A DNA stretch of 64,000 bases, taken from positions 372,001 through 436,000 of the forward strand of contig NW_026250432.1 in NCBI RefSeq assembly GCF_024521635.1, written 5' to 3'. Within the stretch, counting starts at the first letter, position 1; the number at the start of each line of letters is the position of its first letter. Source of the DNA: Tricharina praecox. Its lineage: Eukaryota. This document shows positions 50,211 through 62,800 of the stretch, piece after piece. The position numbers and the translations under genes are program-made. Below the pieces are notes generated by a model. The model was not told the DNA's origin. It saw only the letters and a program-made list of their open reading frames with translations, and ran no database searches.

Positions 50211-50964
50211 ACATACCCACCCCCCGCCACAGTGCAGTGCACCGCCTCACCCGATCGCCACCGCGGCAACTTCCATCCATCAGCCATCGTCGCGTCGGAG
50301 CAGAGCAGGCACCAGCAGTCGAATCGAGCACTAACCTCGTAGTGTGCAGCCAGCCAGGCGGACGATTGGCGAAGAGGTTAGCTGGCTCCGTTTCCGTTGC
50401 TTCCTTCTGCGCGGAGTCGCGCTGAGCTCCGGACTTTTTCGTGCGTGCGTGCCTGCCTGTCGGCGTGGGACTGGGCCGTCTACGGTAGGTATGATGTGCT
50501 TGGAGCGACCTATAGGCTACGATAGGTACTCGGAGTACCTATGATGATGTACTTGCCCCGTCTACTAGTACACCTATAGCACTGTATCCACTATCCTCTA
50601 GCTACCGACATGCCTGGCGGTGGGTCCGTCGAGATCTTGGTATGATACTCTAGTTAGGCATGTACTCTAGTTACTTACGTCCGGAGATGCCACATCAATC
50701 GACCAACGCACGCTGTCGTCGTCGTCGTCGGCGCTGGCCAGCCCACGGGGGGGACTATGCTACGGAGGGCAGAAGTGCGATGAGATGTATCCTCGCTTTT
50801 CCCCGACCGCGACCGTGGCGGCGATGAAGACGGCGATGGTGTTTGTCGTTGTCGCAGTTGTTGCTGTTGTTGTCGCATGCAACTGCAATGCTGCGCCGCC
50901 GCGTTTACCGGTGTTTCGAACGGATGACGAGCTGGGGTATAAGGGCGGGAGAGTACGGGGAGTA

Positions 50965-51050
50965 CACGGAGAACGAGGAAAGTCCGGCGACACGGAGAAC
51001 GAGGAAAGTCCGGCGGCACGGAGAACGAGGAAAGTCCGGCGACACGGAGA
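50965..51050. repeat. 26-bp minisatellite x3.3 (CACGGAGAACGAGGAAAGTCCGGCGA)
   Basis: Units start at 50965, 50991, 51017 and 51043 (partial). Confidence 0.9.
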
Positions 51051-53084
51051 GTACGAGAGCACGGGGAGCACGAATATGTGGATGCTTCACCGACGTGCCC
51101 GTACCACTGCCTGGAGTATATCATGCACTCATTCGCCTAGGCATCCCCCAAGCACCCATTGCCTCCCGTCTACCCAGGTACTCGGTGTTTGCATGGTACA
51201 CGAGTACTCTACCTACTCGCCGTCCGTGTGCAGAGTACTCGTGTTGTGGGCCGCCTTCGATCTCATCATCGTCCTCCCCGAGACCGTGTTTCTCTCCAAC
51301 CCCATCTACGTCGTCCCCCCAGGTTCCAACAGCAGGGGCGACATCGTGGTTCGCGTCATTGCAGCACCATGTAAGAATCTAGATAGTTACTCGGGCTAGA
51401 GTGGCCCCCAGCACGATGCTCACTTACCTGGTTAGCCGGCCTTGGCCGTGGGCTGAGACAGCATTGTCTAGCACGCTGTTCAGTTGGAATCGGAAAGAGG
51501 AAAGCAAAGGAGCGAAAGACAAGACAGGACAAAGACAAATGCAAAGACAAAGAAAAGAGAAAGGAAGGAAAAGGAAAAAGAAAACAAAAGCAAAAGGAAC
51601 GAACGCGCCCACGAAATCCGAACGAGCGAGCTGGCTGGCGAACGCGCGCGGGATGCACTTTGCCCTTCACTTTGGGCCGGTGGCTTGCTGGGGATGAGGC
51701 CGAAAGGGACGGCTCTCCCCCCAACCAGCGCGGGATTGGCTGCAAGTGGTTGGCGGAGAGGGGGGAGGACGTGGAGGACCGCATTGCTTGCGCTGTCTTT
51801 GGTGATGGGTTGCATCTGCATGGACCGACTCGACTGATCCTGCGGGCCTGGCACCGTGGCTGGCCTCTGGCATTGGCTGTGTCGCCGGAGGAGTTGGTGA
51901 AGAAGGTGCGTATAACCACTATAGGACTGCTGAGGGCGCGGCATCCGAATCCCTTCGTCGTGTCTGCCCGCCTGCCGCCTGAACTGCCCTCACCGCCTCC
52001 GTATCGAGTACATACCGTATCGTACATACCGTATCGTACATACCGTATCATACATACCGTTCATACCGACACACTCGAGATCTGTGCCGTGTCTCTCTGT
52101 CTCTGATTGATATCGAGCCAAGCCCGCCCGCCTCAACTGAACCCGTCGAGACTGCCCTCCTCCCTCCCTCCATCCATCCCTCCCTCCCTGTCTATCGCAA
52201 AAATATCGTCCAGTGCTCACCTCGACACTGATAATCTCCACCCGCTCCGCCCCCCCCCCCGCCCCCGCCTAGTTAGATCAGAGTAACCGCTTCTTACCTC
52301 CTGTTGTTATTGTTGTTGGTGTTGTTGGCTGCTAGCGGCTCTCGTCTGTCTTGCCTTTATCTCTCGCACGTCCCTCTTGCCAACTCGATTCCGTGGCGCT
52401 GTCTGTCGGCTCGGTAGTAGAAGAAGACCCTCGCCCGCCTTCAAGAAGTCCTGCTTCTTCCGCTTCGTCGAGTCTTCCTCAGGTTCGCGCAAGTACGGTC
52501 TTCTTTCTTTGTAGCTCGACTGCACCGACCATCACTACTCGCACCGTTACACAGCACCACTATCCCTCCCTCGCTCAACGACAACCCAGCCCGCAGCTAC
52601 CATCCCACCTCCACCACTGCAACCACTACAACCACTACAACCACTGCAACCACTGCCACTACTCACTACCACTATCAATTCCCATTGCATCCATCGCCAA
52701 CCCTCGTTTTCGCCATCTCAATCGCCGCCTGCTGATCATCGCCTCGCTATCAATTCTCCTCACACACACCGGACATTCGCTACACTGCTCCAGCTTACCT
52801 CGCCCCACTACCCCCCGTCTCACTCGACCGAAATAACCCGCAATTTCGCTCCCAGCAATCAATACAAAACACCCTCTTGAAAGTATAAAATCTCCCGTCC
52901 CCGTCCCCGTCCCCGTCCCCGACCGCATCAGCCGATTCTAGGGAAGGAAGAGACGACGACCGGTTCGACACCCCCAACTCTATCAACAATTCAGTTTCTC
53001 AAGAAGATTAAGCTCCGTTGCAGTCAGGCTATCCGGCTTCATTGGGCCGAGAAAGCTGCCGCAAAAGGAGCCGTATCCACCACA

Positions 53085-55253
53085 ATGCCTTCCTTCTTCG
53101 CCGCCGGAGACGGGGGAAACACCACCATGACCGCTACCACCCCCGCCATCGAGACCGCCAACCCCAGCAAGGGCCGCTTCAGCCTCTTCAAGAAGAAGAG
53201 CAAGACCGCCGAGCCCGCCCCGCTGCAGCTCCCCCCCTCGCTGCCCCCTCTGCAGCAAGTGGCTCCCCTGACACCTCCGCCGGCCGAGGAAGCACCGGTA
53301 CCGGCCCCGACCCCGAAGCCGAAAAATGTCACCAAGAAATCATCCACCGACATCGACGACGAGCTTAGAAGGCACTTGCAGCGTGAAGGGTATGCGTTTC
53401 TGGCCTTTTCCGATCCGGCCAAGGCCGCCGCGCACTCCAACGAGTCGCCGGCCGAGCCCGCCGCCGGCGGAGTGAAGGACGTGGTGGACCCGGCCGAGAG
53501 CAGTCGGAGCCATGGAACCCTGTTGAAGGATGCGGTGGATCTGATGGAGAAGAAGAAGAGTCTGGAAACAACACGCCCGACGCTCAGGAGCTTGACTCCC
53601 CCCGCGAACACCGTTGTTCCTCAGTCGGCACCGCCGCAGGTGGCGAAGGCTCCGGTCGTTTTGGCTGCACCGCAGCCGAATGTGTTGAAGGCTCCTGCTG
53701 CTGCTGCTGCTCGGGTGGAGAATGTCTTTCCGAAACGGGTGGAAAGTGTTGCGGGTGCTGCAGGTGCTGCATTCACTCAGGTTCCTGCGGCTCCCGGTCC
53801 AAGTATATCCGGCGTTGGTGGTGGACTGCGAACGACTGCGTCGAGGATGGCGGAGAAGAGGCCATCGTCATCACGACCACCGATGCCGCAGCAACAGCAA
53901 CCTTCGGAAGGGAGCATCATGGACAGGAAGATTGTCAGGAAGTCCTCGGATCAGAGCAACAAGGATAGCGGAAAGGACGTGGATAGCCATAGGAGTGCGG
54001 GTCCCAGTCAGAGGCCGTCTCCGGTATACCCAGTGGAGCCTCCGATTGGTGCTACAGCCCAAAGGAGTGCGGGTCCGAGCCGAAGATCATCGCCGGTATA
54101 CCCGGAGGAGCCATCGGTCAGTGCTACAGCACGAAAGATGGTGACCGAGTCGCCGGCAATGGCACGATTCGCCCAGGAGGCGTCGATGCAGGATGTGGAC
54201 CCACGGATACACAAGAACCGGAGGTCCGGCAGCCATGCCGATCAGCGACAGTCGAGACACGGCCCGACACCGGAGCAGATGCGATATTCGACTTCGGGTC
54301 CGAGCCGCGAGTACAACCAGGATCAGCAGTATGCGCCACGGCCTTCGCGCAACAGCAGGCAGGGATATCAGCTGTCGATGAACCCCGAGACCCGGACCCA
54401 GACCCCCGCCATGAGCGACGAGGAGAGACGGCAATCGGACACCAGCGCCGACGAGAGCCCGCGGCGGAACCTTCCGATCCCCGTGATGCTGTCGCCGGGT
54501 GACTACACGAGCACCCTGAACCGGCTCCAGCTGAACTGTGAGATTGCGCACCGCCAAACCGTCATATCGTCGAACCTGCATCATCGCATCATCTGCATGG
54601 TCTGTCGGACCGACGCGTCCAGCGAACGATGGTCCTGCTCGTACTGCGCGCTGCGATTCTGTTCGAGGTGCAAATCGGAATTCTCGGCCGGAACAGCCTT
54701 CGACGAAGTCCTGAAGAAGGCAGCGAGTGAGGATTGGCGGTCACAGCCGGCTCCCCCAATCACGCCGGCTCGTGGCCCGGGAAAGAACATCGCCTGGGAG
54801 CTGGCGTGCGTGCTGGAAGCCGGAGGCCGATTGGCCGGATACGGATACGGAATGCGGCAACCCCCAGACGGCCGACGACCACCGCCTCCGATGCGAAGGC
54901 GTTCGCCGGTTCACAACAGCGGCGGAGAGCGCTCGCCAGTCCATCGCAGCGGCAAGTCTTCGCCGGAACAGCGGGTCCGGTCGAGCAGCAACCAGCCGCC
55001 GAGCCCGACCTACTCCGTGGACCGCGTCAAGACGTCGTCGAGAAGCAGCAGCAGCCACCGCTACGCCGAAGGCGCTGTCTCCCCCGACTCGTCGTTCGAG
55101 GATGCGGCGGCGGGTTACAATAGGGACAGGAAGAGACGCTCGGCGAGTAGGGCCGTCAAGGATGGGAGGAACTCGGGCCGCTGCTCGCCCGGTCTTACTA
55201 ATGGCACCGCGGCGGAGCAGAGGAGGGCGTTGTTGGGGGTGGGACTATATTGA
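53085..55253 (+). CDS. 722-aa Pro/Ser/Arg-rich, mostly disordered protein with a Cys/His putative zinc-binding module
   Basis: Long ORF with CCACAATG start context. Module CEIAH..ICMVC..RWSCSYCALRFCSRC. Confidence 0.8.
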   Translation: MPSFFAAGDGGNTTMTATTPAIETANPSKGRFSLFKKKSKTAEPAPLQLPPSLPPLQQVAPLTPPPAEEAPVPAPTPKPKNVTKKSSTDIDDELRRHLQREGYAFLAFSDPAKAAAHSNESPAEPAAGGVKDVVDPAESSRSHGTLLKDAVDLMEKKKSLETTRPTLRSLTPPANTVVPQSAPPQVAKAPVVLAAPQPNVLKAPAAAAARVENVFPKRVESVAGAAGAAFTQVPAAPGPSISGVGGGLRTTASRMAEKRPSSSRPPMPQQQQPSEGSIMDRKIVRKSSDQSNKDSGKDVDSHRSAGPSQRPSPVYPVEPPIGATAQRSAGPSRRSSPVYPEEPSVSATARKMVTESPAMARFAQEASMQDVDPRIHKNRRSGSHADQRQSRHGPTPEQMRYSTSGPSREYNQDQQYAPRPSRNSRQGYQLSMNPETRTQTPAMSDEERRQSDTSADESPRRNLPIPVMLSPGDYTSTLNRLQLNCEIAHRQTVISSNLHHRIICMVCRTDASSERWSCSYCALRFCSRCKSEFSAGTAFDEVLKKAASEDWRSQPAPPITPARGPGKNIAWELACVLEAGGRLAGYGYGMRQPPDGRRPPPPMRRRSPVHNSGGERSPVHRSGKSSPEQRVRSSSNQPPSPTYSVDRVKTSSRSSSSHRYAEGAVSPDSSFEDAAAGYNRDRKRRSASRAVKDGRNSGRCSPGLTNGTAAEQRRALLGVGLY

Positions 55254-56391
55254 GCGGGGAATTCTTATGGACGCTAAGATGGGAGGGCGGGAGGGGAGGG
55301 CGGGCTGTCGGCGTATGTCTCGAGTGTCAATATCTTTAACTCGATAGGCGTGGATTCACCGCCTGGATGACCGATCGTGAGGAAGGAAGGGATGGAGGAG
55401 GAGGAGGAATGGGGACCATCATTTCGAGCTTTTTCTTTTGTCTTTTGTCGATTTCTGCTTTCAGCGCGGACTGGAAATGGGTTTTACGAAGTTGGATGGA
55501 CGACCGAACTGACCTGACCTGACCTGGCCTGGTTATTACACCTTTTTTCTTTTTTCTCTTTTTCTTTTTCGTTTGTCGTTTCGGTTTTTTCCTTTGTTCA
55601 CTGAGAAGTTTTACGACCTGGAAGCACACGCGAGGATTTTTCTTTTCTTTCTGTTGGGTTGAGTTGGGTTGGAGTTTTCTTTTCTTTCGATTCTTCTGCA
55701 GTTAGGAGGAAGGCAGTTGTGAGGAAGGTACTTACCTACGTGTTGTAATGGTGTGGGATGGGAGGATGGGAGGATACTGTGGGATGGGTGGATACTGTGG
55801 GATGGGGGGATACTGTGAGTACATAGAGTGGGCGCGTGAGCGGGATGCGATTAGAAGTGGGGTGAAGTGAAGGGTACCTATGAAAGCTGCTGGGGTGGCG
55901 ACGGCTGAGAAATGTCGCTATGGCGATGGACTAGCAACGGACGGAAGGAATTGAAGTGAATTGAATTGAGATTCAGTGATTCAGTGATTGAATTTGATTC
56001 ATACGTGCGAGAATATGTGACTGAAGAATTGGTGGACGGATGGACGGAGATTGAGTTTGGAGAGGGTTGACTATTCCGTACCTATCCGACAGTCGACTCT
56101 TTCCAATTGAGACAGCACTGTATAGGCAGTAGGAACATGAATGTCTCGTCTCCTCCGACTCCCGACTCCCGAGTCATCCTTTGAGTCATCCTCCGAGTCA
56201 TCTGGGATTCTGGGATTCTGGGATTCTGGGATTCTGGGAGATGATGGTGTCTTTCTTTGTTTTTTGTTTTTTTGTTTGTTTTCATTTTCTGTTTCATCAT
56301 ACCGTAATGCATGTCACCTACCTATCCAGATCATGGCATAGGTACATGGCATACATTGCATACAACACATGGAATAGTACAGTCCGTGTCT

Positions 56392-56460
56392 TGACTCGCG
56401 TCCACCAACGATGACTCGCGTCCACCAACGATGACTCGCGTCCACCAACGATGACTCGCG
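56392..56460. repeat. 20-bp minisatellite x3.4 (TGACTCGCGTCCACCAACGA)
   Basis: Directly visible. Confidence 0.9.
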
Positions 56461-57640
56461 CGCGTCACGGCCTGGTGCTGCTTTTCCTGCTGCTGCTGCT
56501 TTTACTCGCCCCAAGTTCATTAATTGCGTGCAGCCCATCTACGTAGAGTAGACTATGTACGGCTATAAGTAGACATTTGAGATGGTGCGCACACACCGGA
56601 CACATCGGACACTGGACGTTGTTGGTAGATGCGAGTGATACGGCGTGATACAACGTGAGTACTTCACAAGCGATCACTAGCACTGGGCACTGTCCACCGT
56701 GCTTGGAAAGTATTTATCGAAGCGGTATCAAACAGGAGTACATCAATATTCATTGTTTCTCCACGGACTGCACTGGGGAAGCTCAATTGCGTTTCACATT
56801 CCCTCGATTACTCAATCCCCCTCCCCCCCCCCCCCCCCCCCCCCCCCCTTCTCCCCCCTTACCCCGTCCCCTGCCCCGGTGCGGATAGCCTTAGATCACC
56901 CAGTAAAATCACCCAGCCTTAGATCACCCAGTAAACTATACCCAGATCACCTCCCCGCAAGCTTGCGGTCGAGAGAGAGAGGGAGAGATACATCTTCTTT
57001 TTATTTCCCATGCAGCCTAAGTATCTAGACTATGGCGAACCGTCGCACTCCTTTTCCTGCCCGCCCTGACCAGTCGAGGTGAAAGCCCCGGTACCGACCA
57101 GTCCGATGCGCGATGCGGCGCCCCCCATCCGCCTCGGGCCGATACAAGCAAACCGTAGATTGACCGGTATGGGCCTATATGCACGCTCCTCCTGCTGCCC
57201 CCTCGCCTCGCTCCCCCGTCTCGTCTTCCGCTCCAAGAAACCATCAGGTTATCACCGTGTATCCTCATCTCCTGGGTATTTCCTCGCCCCAGCCCCAGCT
57301 GCAGACACAGTACCCTGCTAGGTAGGGTAGGCACTCTTGCTCTGCCCCGGATGCGCTGCTTGCCTCCTCGTCCAGGTCTAGTGGAGCTTTCCTGAATCCT
57401 CGCCACATCCGTCGTTCCTAGAAAGTAGAAACTCCAGGATTACCTCGCTGCACCGCCCGTCGGCGAACAACTCCGCTATCGACCCGACCACCTCTCTTTC
57501 TTTCTCTCCGTCTCCTTCCCGAGTCCCGACCTTTTCCCATGCCCACAAGGCTTTCTGTTGCCTTCTCCACCGTGAGCAGGTTTTGAATAGGTGCTATAAT
57601 GTGCGGTCGAAAGTGTTCGTGCGTTGTCCTGGCCGATCGA

Positions 57641-57727
57641 GTGATGTGATGTGATGTGATGTGATGCGATGCGATGTGATGTGATGTGATGTGATGTGAT
57701 GCGATGCGATGCGATGTGATGTGATGC
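57641..57727. repeat. (GTGAT/GCGAT)n pentamer microsatellite
   Basis: Directly visible. Confidence 0.92.
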
Positions 57728-58320
57728 GTACCTAGTGCTAACTGGATGGGATGGGTTAGGCTAATTTTCAGTTCTCCAGTGATGAAGCGCTGGAAAGGAG
57801 TCGGCGGCGGAGAGGGTCCAGACTCTGGAGCACGTTCGGTCGCAGCTGGGGGGGGGGGGGGGGGTGTTTAAATTCTAGTGAATGGGTACGTTACAATAAG
57901 ACGAATGGAAACCAGCTGGATGTTCTCCCTGATGCTGTAGAGTATCTTGCGGTCAGATGCGAATTGCACTTTCTACATCACTTGGAAGTTAGACGTTGGT
58001 CCCACGTGGGTAGCTTCAAGGGGTGCGTATGTATGTGCACTTCAAAGAAATGCAATTCTGCACATTCTTCAACCTCCAATTCCCCAGTTACGAGTCTATG
58101 ACCAATGGAATCTCCTAGGTACCTCACACAAAAACAAAAAATGCCAACTAACCAAGCAAGTACTTGGGTGGGTATACGCAACAGAGAGCATGAACGCAAG
58201 AAACTCCCCCCGCCCAAACTCCAAACTCCCATGCACCCCCGCCCAACATAGCTCTATGTATCCCCGAGTTCCCGACACCCAGCCACGCAGTGGCAACCTG
58301 CAAGTGCACATCACATCCCC

Positions 58321-59833
58321 TCACCTCCCGGAGATATCCACGGAGACGGTAATCGTCTTCGCAATGACGCCCATATGCAATTCCTCGGCACTGCTCTTCC
58401 CGCCGCCGCCGCCGCCAACCAGCTGATCCTCGGAAACATACACATTCTCGCTATACGCGATGGCAAAGCAGCCCATGTTCTGCCGATCCGGGTCGTAGGC
58501 GAAGCTGAGGAAGTCGTAGGGGTCGACGCTGCGCATGCCTGCGGCCGTGGGCTGCGCGTTCGCATCGCTGGTCACCCGGTGCGGACGCGAGATCCACGCC
58601 GTGAGAGCTGGGATCGAGGCGGTGATGATGCCTAGGCATTGCTCGGTTTGGTCCAGGAGCGCGATGGGGAGGATGTTCCCTGGCTGGATGTTAGTGCGGA
58701 TCCAGAGGGGGGGGGGGGGGGGGGGGGGGGGACGGGGCAGGTCCTCAGTGCTGGGTGTGCTCACAGGAGACGTCCATGGTTAGCAGCAGCTTCGGTAAGA
58801 GCCCCACTCTGACAACGGCGACTATACACGCTCTACACAGCATCCCGTTAGTCAACCAGTTGGACATCATCTATCCACACGATCAAGACCGTTGGCCCGG
58901 CACTCACAGCAGCCCCAACGCAAACAGCACGGCGAGCCCAGCCCGCTGCTTCGTCGGAATCCTAAGATCCCACACCATCTTCATGGGCAGACAGAGCACG
59001 CCGATGTCGCAGGCCACGGTGACCATTCTGAGCGCCGTGTACAGCGTCATGGTCTGTCTGAACGTTGGACATCCGTGCGCGCGCAGCTCGAACGTCCACC
59101 ATGCCTTCACCGGCGAGCACACGAATGCGAAGGCGAATATGCTCGCGAGCGCGAATAGGATCTGGAATACTAGGAAGTACATGACGATCTTCTGCAGCTG
59201 GGTGCGGTTGCCGAAGAGGCGCCGGTAGAAGAGGAGGATCGAGACCTGGGGGAGGGGGGTGTCAGTTGGAATGGTATGATATATATGTACATACATACAT
59301 CACAACCGGCGATAGTGGTATGTATGTACGAAGACAAGACAAGACAATGTGGAGATGACCTTGATCCAGACCACCCCGAAGGAATAGATCATGGGTAAGA
59401 TGTACGTGAACTGTCGGCGATCTCGTCAGTTCAGCAAAACGACGAAGAAGACTTAAAATGGGTGCACCCTCACTTTCAGCAGCGCGATGGCCTGGTCCAC
59501 ATTCAAGTCGTAAAAGTGCTTCCCGATGCCCGCATGCCTCACACCGTAGCAGTTCAAGGCCGTGCCGCCCACGACCACGAGCATGGCCGCCCCGACCATC
59601 ACATCATCGCCGCCAATGCCGCCAGCCACGAAGCACCTCGTCCAGAATCTCGTCAACACCACGAGCAGCGTTATGCTAGCCAACAGCAGGTTCACCACGA
59701 ACAGGACTTGTCCGTTGTCCGGATGTACGTAGTCGGCGGCTTCAGCCTGCGGTGGGACCACCCCGTCGAGGGAGATATGGTTGACGTCCGCTATCGCCCT
59801 GAGGGCCTGTAGGATCTCTACACGAGTCGACAT
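58321..59833 (-). CDS. PTH11-like (fungal rhodopsin-domain) integral membrane protein, no CFEM domain, ~5 exons
   Basis: ATG 59833. Motifs VLTRFWTR..GIGGDD, GIGKHFYD, IK/VSILLFYRRLF, FVCSPVKAWW..C, CDIGVLCLPMKMVWDLRIPTKQR, EQCLGIITASIPAL. One donor (GTCATC) is weak. Confidence 0.88.
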
Positions 59834-62800
59834 CGGATCCTTTGCGGGTGGTTGTTTTATTTTGATTCCGTCGCTGCGAAGTCGGGACTGCACCGGGAGT
59901 AGGTGGTGTGTGCGGTATCAGATTCGGATTTCAATCAAGATGATCATGAAAGACAGGCGGCCGGGAGAATGATATGTAAACCACTGTTGTTCCCTCCCCC
60001 ACACCCCATGGTACTTTGTATCTGTGCCGTATGCATGGGAGGCGAAGAGGGCGGAGAAGTGAAAAGGTCCTGAGCGCGGTATATACGGTTCCAACGATGG
60101 GGCGTCAGTCATACCCCCTGCATGGAGGTCATATAGAGTAGTACATACGTCCTGAATCCTTCTCGTCCTACCTTCGTTTGGACGAGCAGCAAGGCTTTCC
60201 CATCCCATCCCATCCGCACGGACGACGGGCGAGTGATGCGTGTCTTGGTGCCGGGAAAGCGAAGCCATGGATCTTGTTGGCTTTTGGCTGACCGTCGCCG
60301 GCGGACTGTATGTATGGCATGTACCTGGGTACTTGTGTATGCGAAACTACGGAACCAGACAGCCAGGCAAACCATACATCCGCCTACGCGCACGACGACC
60401 GGTGAAGACCACGAGTTTGGACGGGGGGGGGGGGCTAAATCGGATAGGCCTGTGCAAGGTCTGTACCTAGGTGGTTGTGGGTCTGGTTCTTGCTTGCAGA
60501 GACGGACGTGTATTACATATACAGAAGTAAATACCATCCCATCTTTATCTTTGGTCTTCGCGATGGTGTCTGCGGACTGTGGGGCAGTATTTTTGCGCCC
60601 ATCGGGGCCGGATGCCGTAGTCTACTCTAGACTTGGACCGACTCACACACCCAAGTAAGCACTGCGTTCTTCAGGTTCGGTGTGCGGTAGATTTATCGCT
60701 CTCGCCAACTATGGTAACTAAGCGGCTGCACGGCGCACTGCTGCCTGCTGCCGTACATACAGGTACCCATCTTTCGCTAACCAATTGCCGCCGAAAAAAA
60801 GGCGCAGCCGGCAACGACGAAGAAACCTCCCTCGCTGAGCGGCGCGAACATGATACCTACCTCGCCGACTTCTGCGAGCGCAAGTCAGATGTGCAGATTT
60901 GATATATCTTGTTGTGCCCGGGACCCGGGTGAGCGATTATGTCGCCCGGTAAGTAAGTGCGTTTGCGTGTCTCAAAGTGTGGGTTCGAAGGGCTGAAACA
61001 TGCACTATGAACTGTCCCCACTGGGGTAACCACAACTGGCTGCTCAGCACTTGGAGAACATCCCGTCCGTCTGCAGTATCTATGTATGTACGGATCCGGG
61101 TCCCAGGATGCCTGAAAATCAGGCGATACCTACTCTGAACATATCTACTAGGTAGTAAAGTACCATGGGCTACGGTACCTGCCTCGAGGCCCACAGCCAC
61201 CGCCAGGAGCGCTTATAAGATGCTGACACTCGGGAGTCGGACAGTATTTTGAAGCGTCGAGTAAGCGGAAACATGTTACATACATACATAGGTACATACG
61301 TACGTGTTATTGTTGGGCTGGAAAGATCAATACCTCCTGGTAGCGGTCTCGGCTGTCTGGAATCTGGATCGGAGCGCAGTCACCCAGCTGCCAGACTTCG
61401 CCGGCGTCCCGTGCCATGAACACAGACAGGAACGCCATATCTTCGAAGGCTTCGATTCTACACTTCCTGCCATACATACCTACCCCTCCAGGCGCCCGAA
61501 ACACTTCGTCGCATTATACGTGGCTTCGTGTCCCGCCGTTCGATCGACTGCTATGTGGCCTCCCTCTTCAAACACTCACGAAGAGCCACAACAATTCGCG
61601 AGGGAAAACGTCACAAGACCTGCACCAGAGGGATCATGATAATCACTTCATTCTCGCTCTTCTCACCGGCAAATCACCGCCCGTATCGAGGAGGTCGGAA
61701 TGGGTAATCAAGACTCAATCGACGACCGCGTGTCGCGCATCCGAAAGCAGTCTGATCCTCCAGGCTCCCATCACTCCTTCTGCTTCGCATTCTGACCGCT
61801 CTACATATGTACACAGTTACATCGCAGGTCCCGTGCCCCCCATCACACAGACAGACACACCAGATCCGCACGTCTCGGATAAAGTGGGCACATCGATCAC
61901 CAAATTGTTCGGTTCTCAACCTTAAAATCGGCTGTTATACCTACATACCTCGCCAAATCCCCAGATCATCCCCGCGGGCGGCGGCGGAACGATGCCATCC
62001 AGCCGGCGCCACAGTTATTCCGGGGTGCATAACCCCAGTGGCCAGTGCCCATTAGCCTGTTCATAGGGCTGTTTGCCTGTATTTATCGAGTTCTCTTCCC
62101 TGTTCTGGAGCCGCCATGTACACACATATCATACCGGTACTCTACGTCTACGCGAGTTCGAGAAATCGAAAGAACATATCTACCGACGGCAACTCTGCGC
62201 TCTGTGCTCTGTGCTCTTCGCTTTGTGTCCACTGTCGGGCGGATTCTTCGCCGGAAGAGGCCCCCGCGCGCGCTGGGCTGACCGGCGCGCGGGGGCGCCA
62301 ACTGGGCTATATTGTACGGATGCTATGTATGGATGGATTGGGACATGTCGACTCGCGTGTATGTATGTAGCGGTGGCGCCTAATAATGCGGAGAACGAAC
62401 CCCGTTCCTTTCCCGATCGAGCCGGTGCAAGCTGCAAATGATAGCAATTGTCGAGATTTGACGAGTGAGACGCCGTGTCACCAGGCCGGATCGTCGGTAG
62501 TCTATCTATATACCTCATTCACGCAGATCTTTAGATAGATGCACTTCAAAAACTCCCAGTCTCGGCTACGGTACTTGGCCATCTACTATAATAGGTACCG
62601 TACTAGATATAAGTTACACTCCCACTGGTCGGGATGCCGGTTCATTGCCGAACCCGACTCCGCACCCTACGGCGAGAGCATCCGGAAGAAATCTTCAAAC
62701 GCGGCAGTAAATACGTACCGTAGCCTAGTTTGGATGCTCAGCTAAAGTGACAAGATCCATGGATACACCGAGAGAGCGACGTTCACATATGACATCCGCA

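Noticed and set aside
50965..51050. Short direct repeats resembling a CRISPR array (also 50134-50210 and 56392-56460)
   Set aside because: Head-to-tail units with no unique spacers, no cas genes, eukaryotic context.
43000..52900. Numerous 100-250 aa ORFs (e.g. 46478-47218, 47561-48160, 48973-49728, 50785-51399)
   Set aside because: Largely translations of microsatellites and low-complexity DNA, with no recognisable domains.
52955..52980. GGTTCGAC, resembling a tRNA T-loop
   Set aside because: No acceptor, D or anticodon stems can be formed around it.
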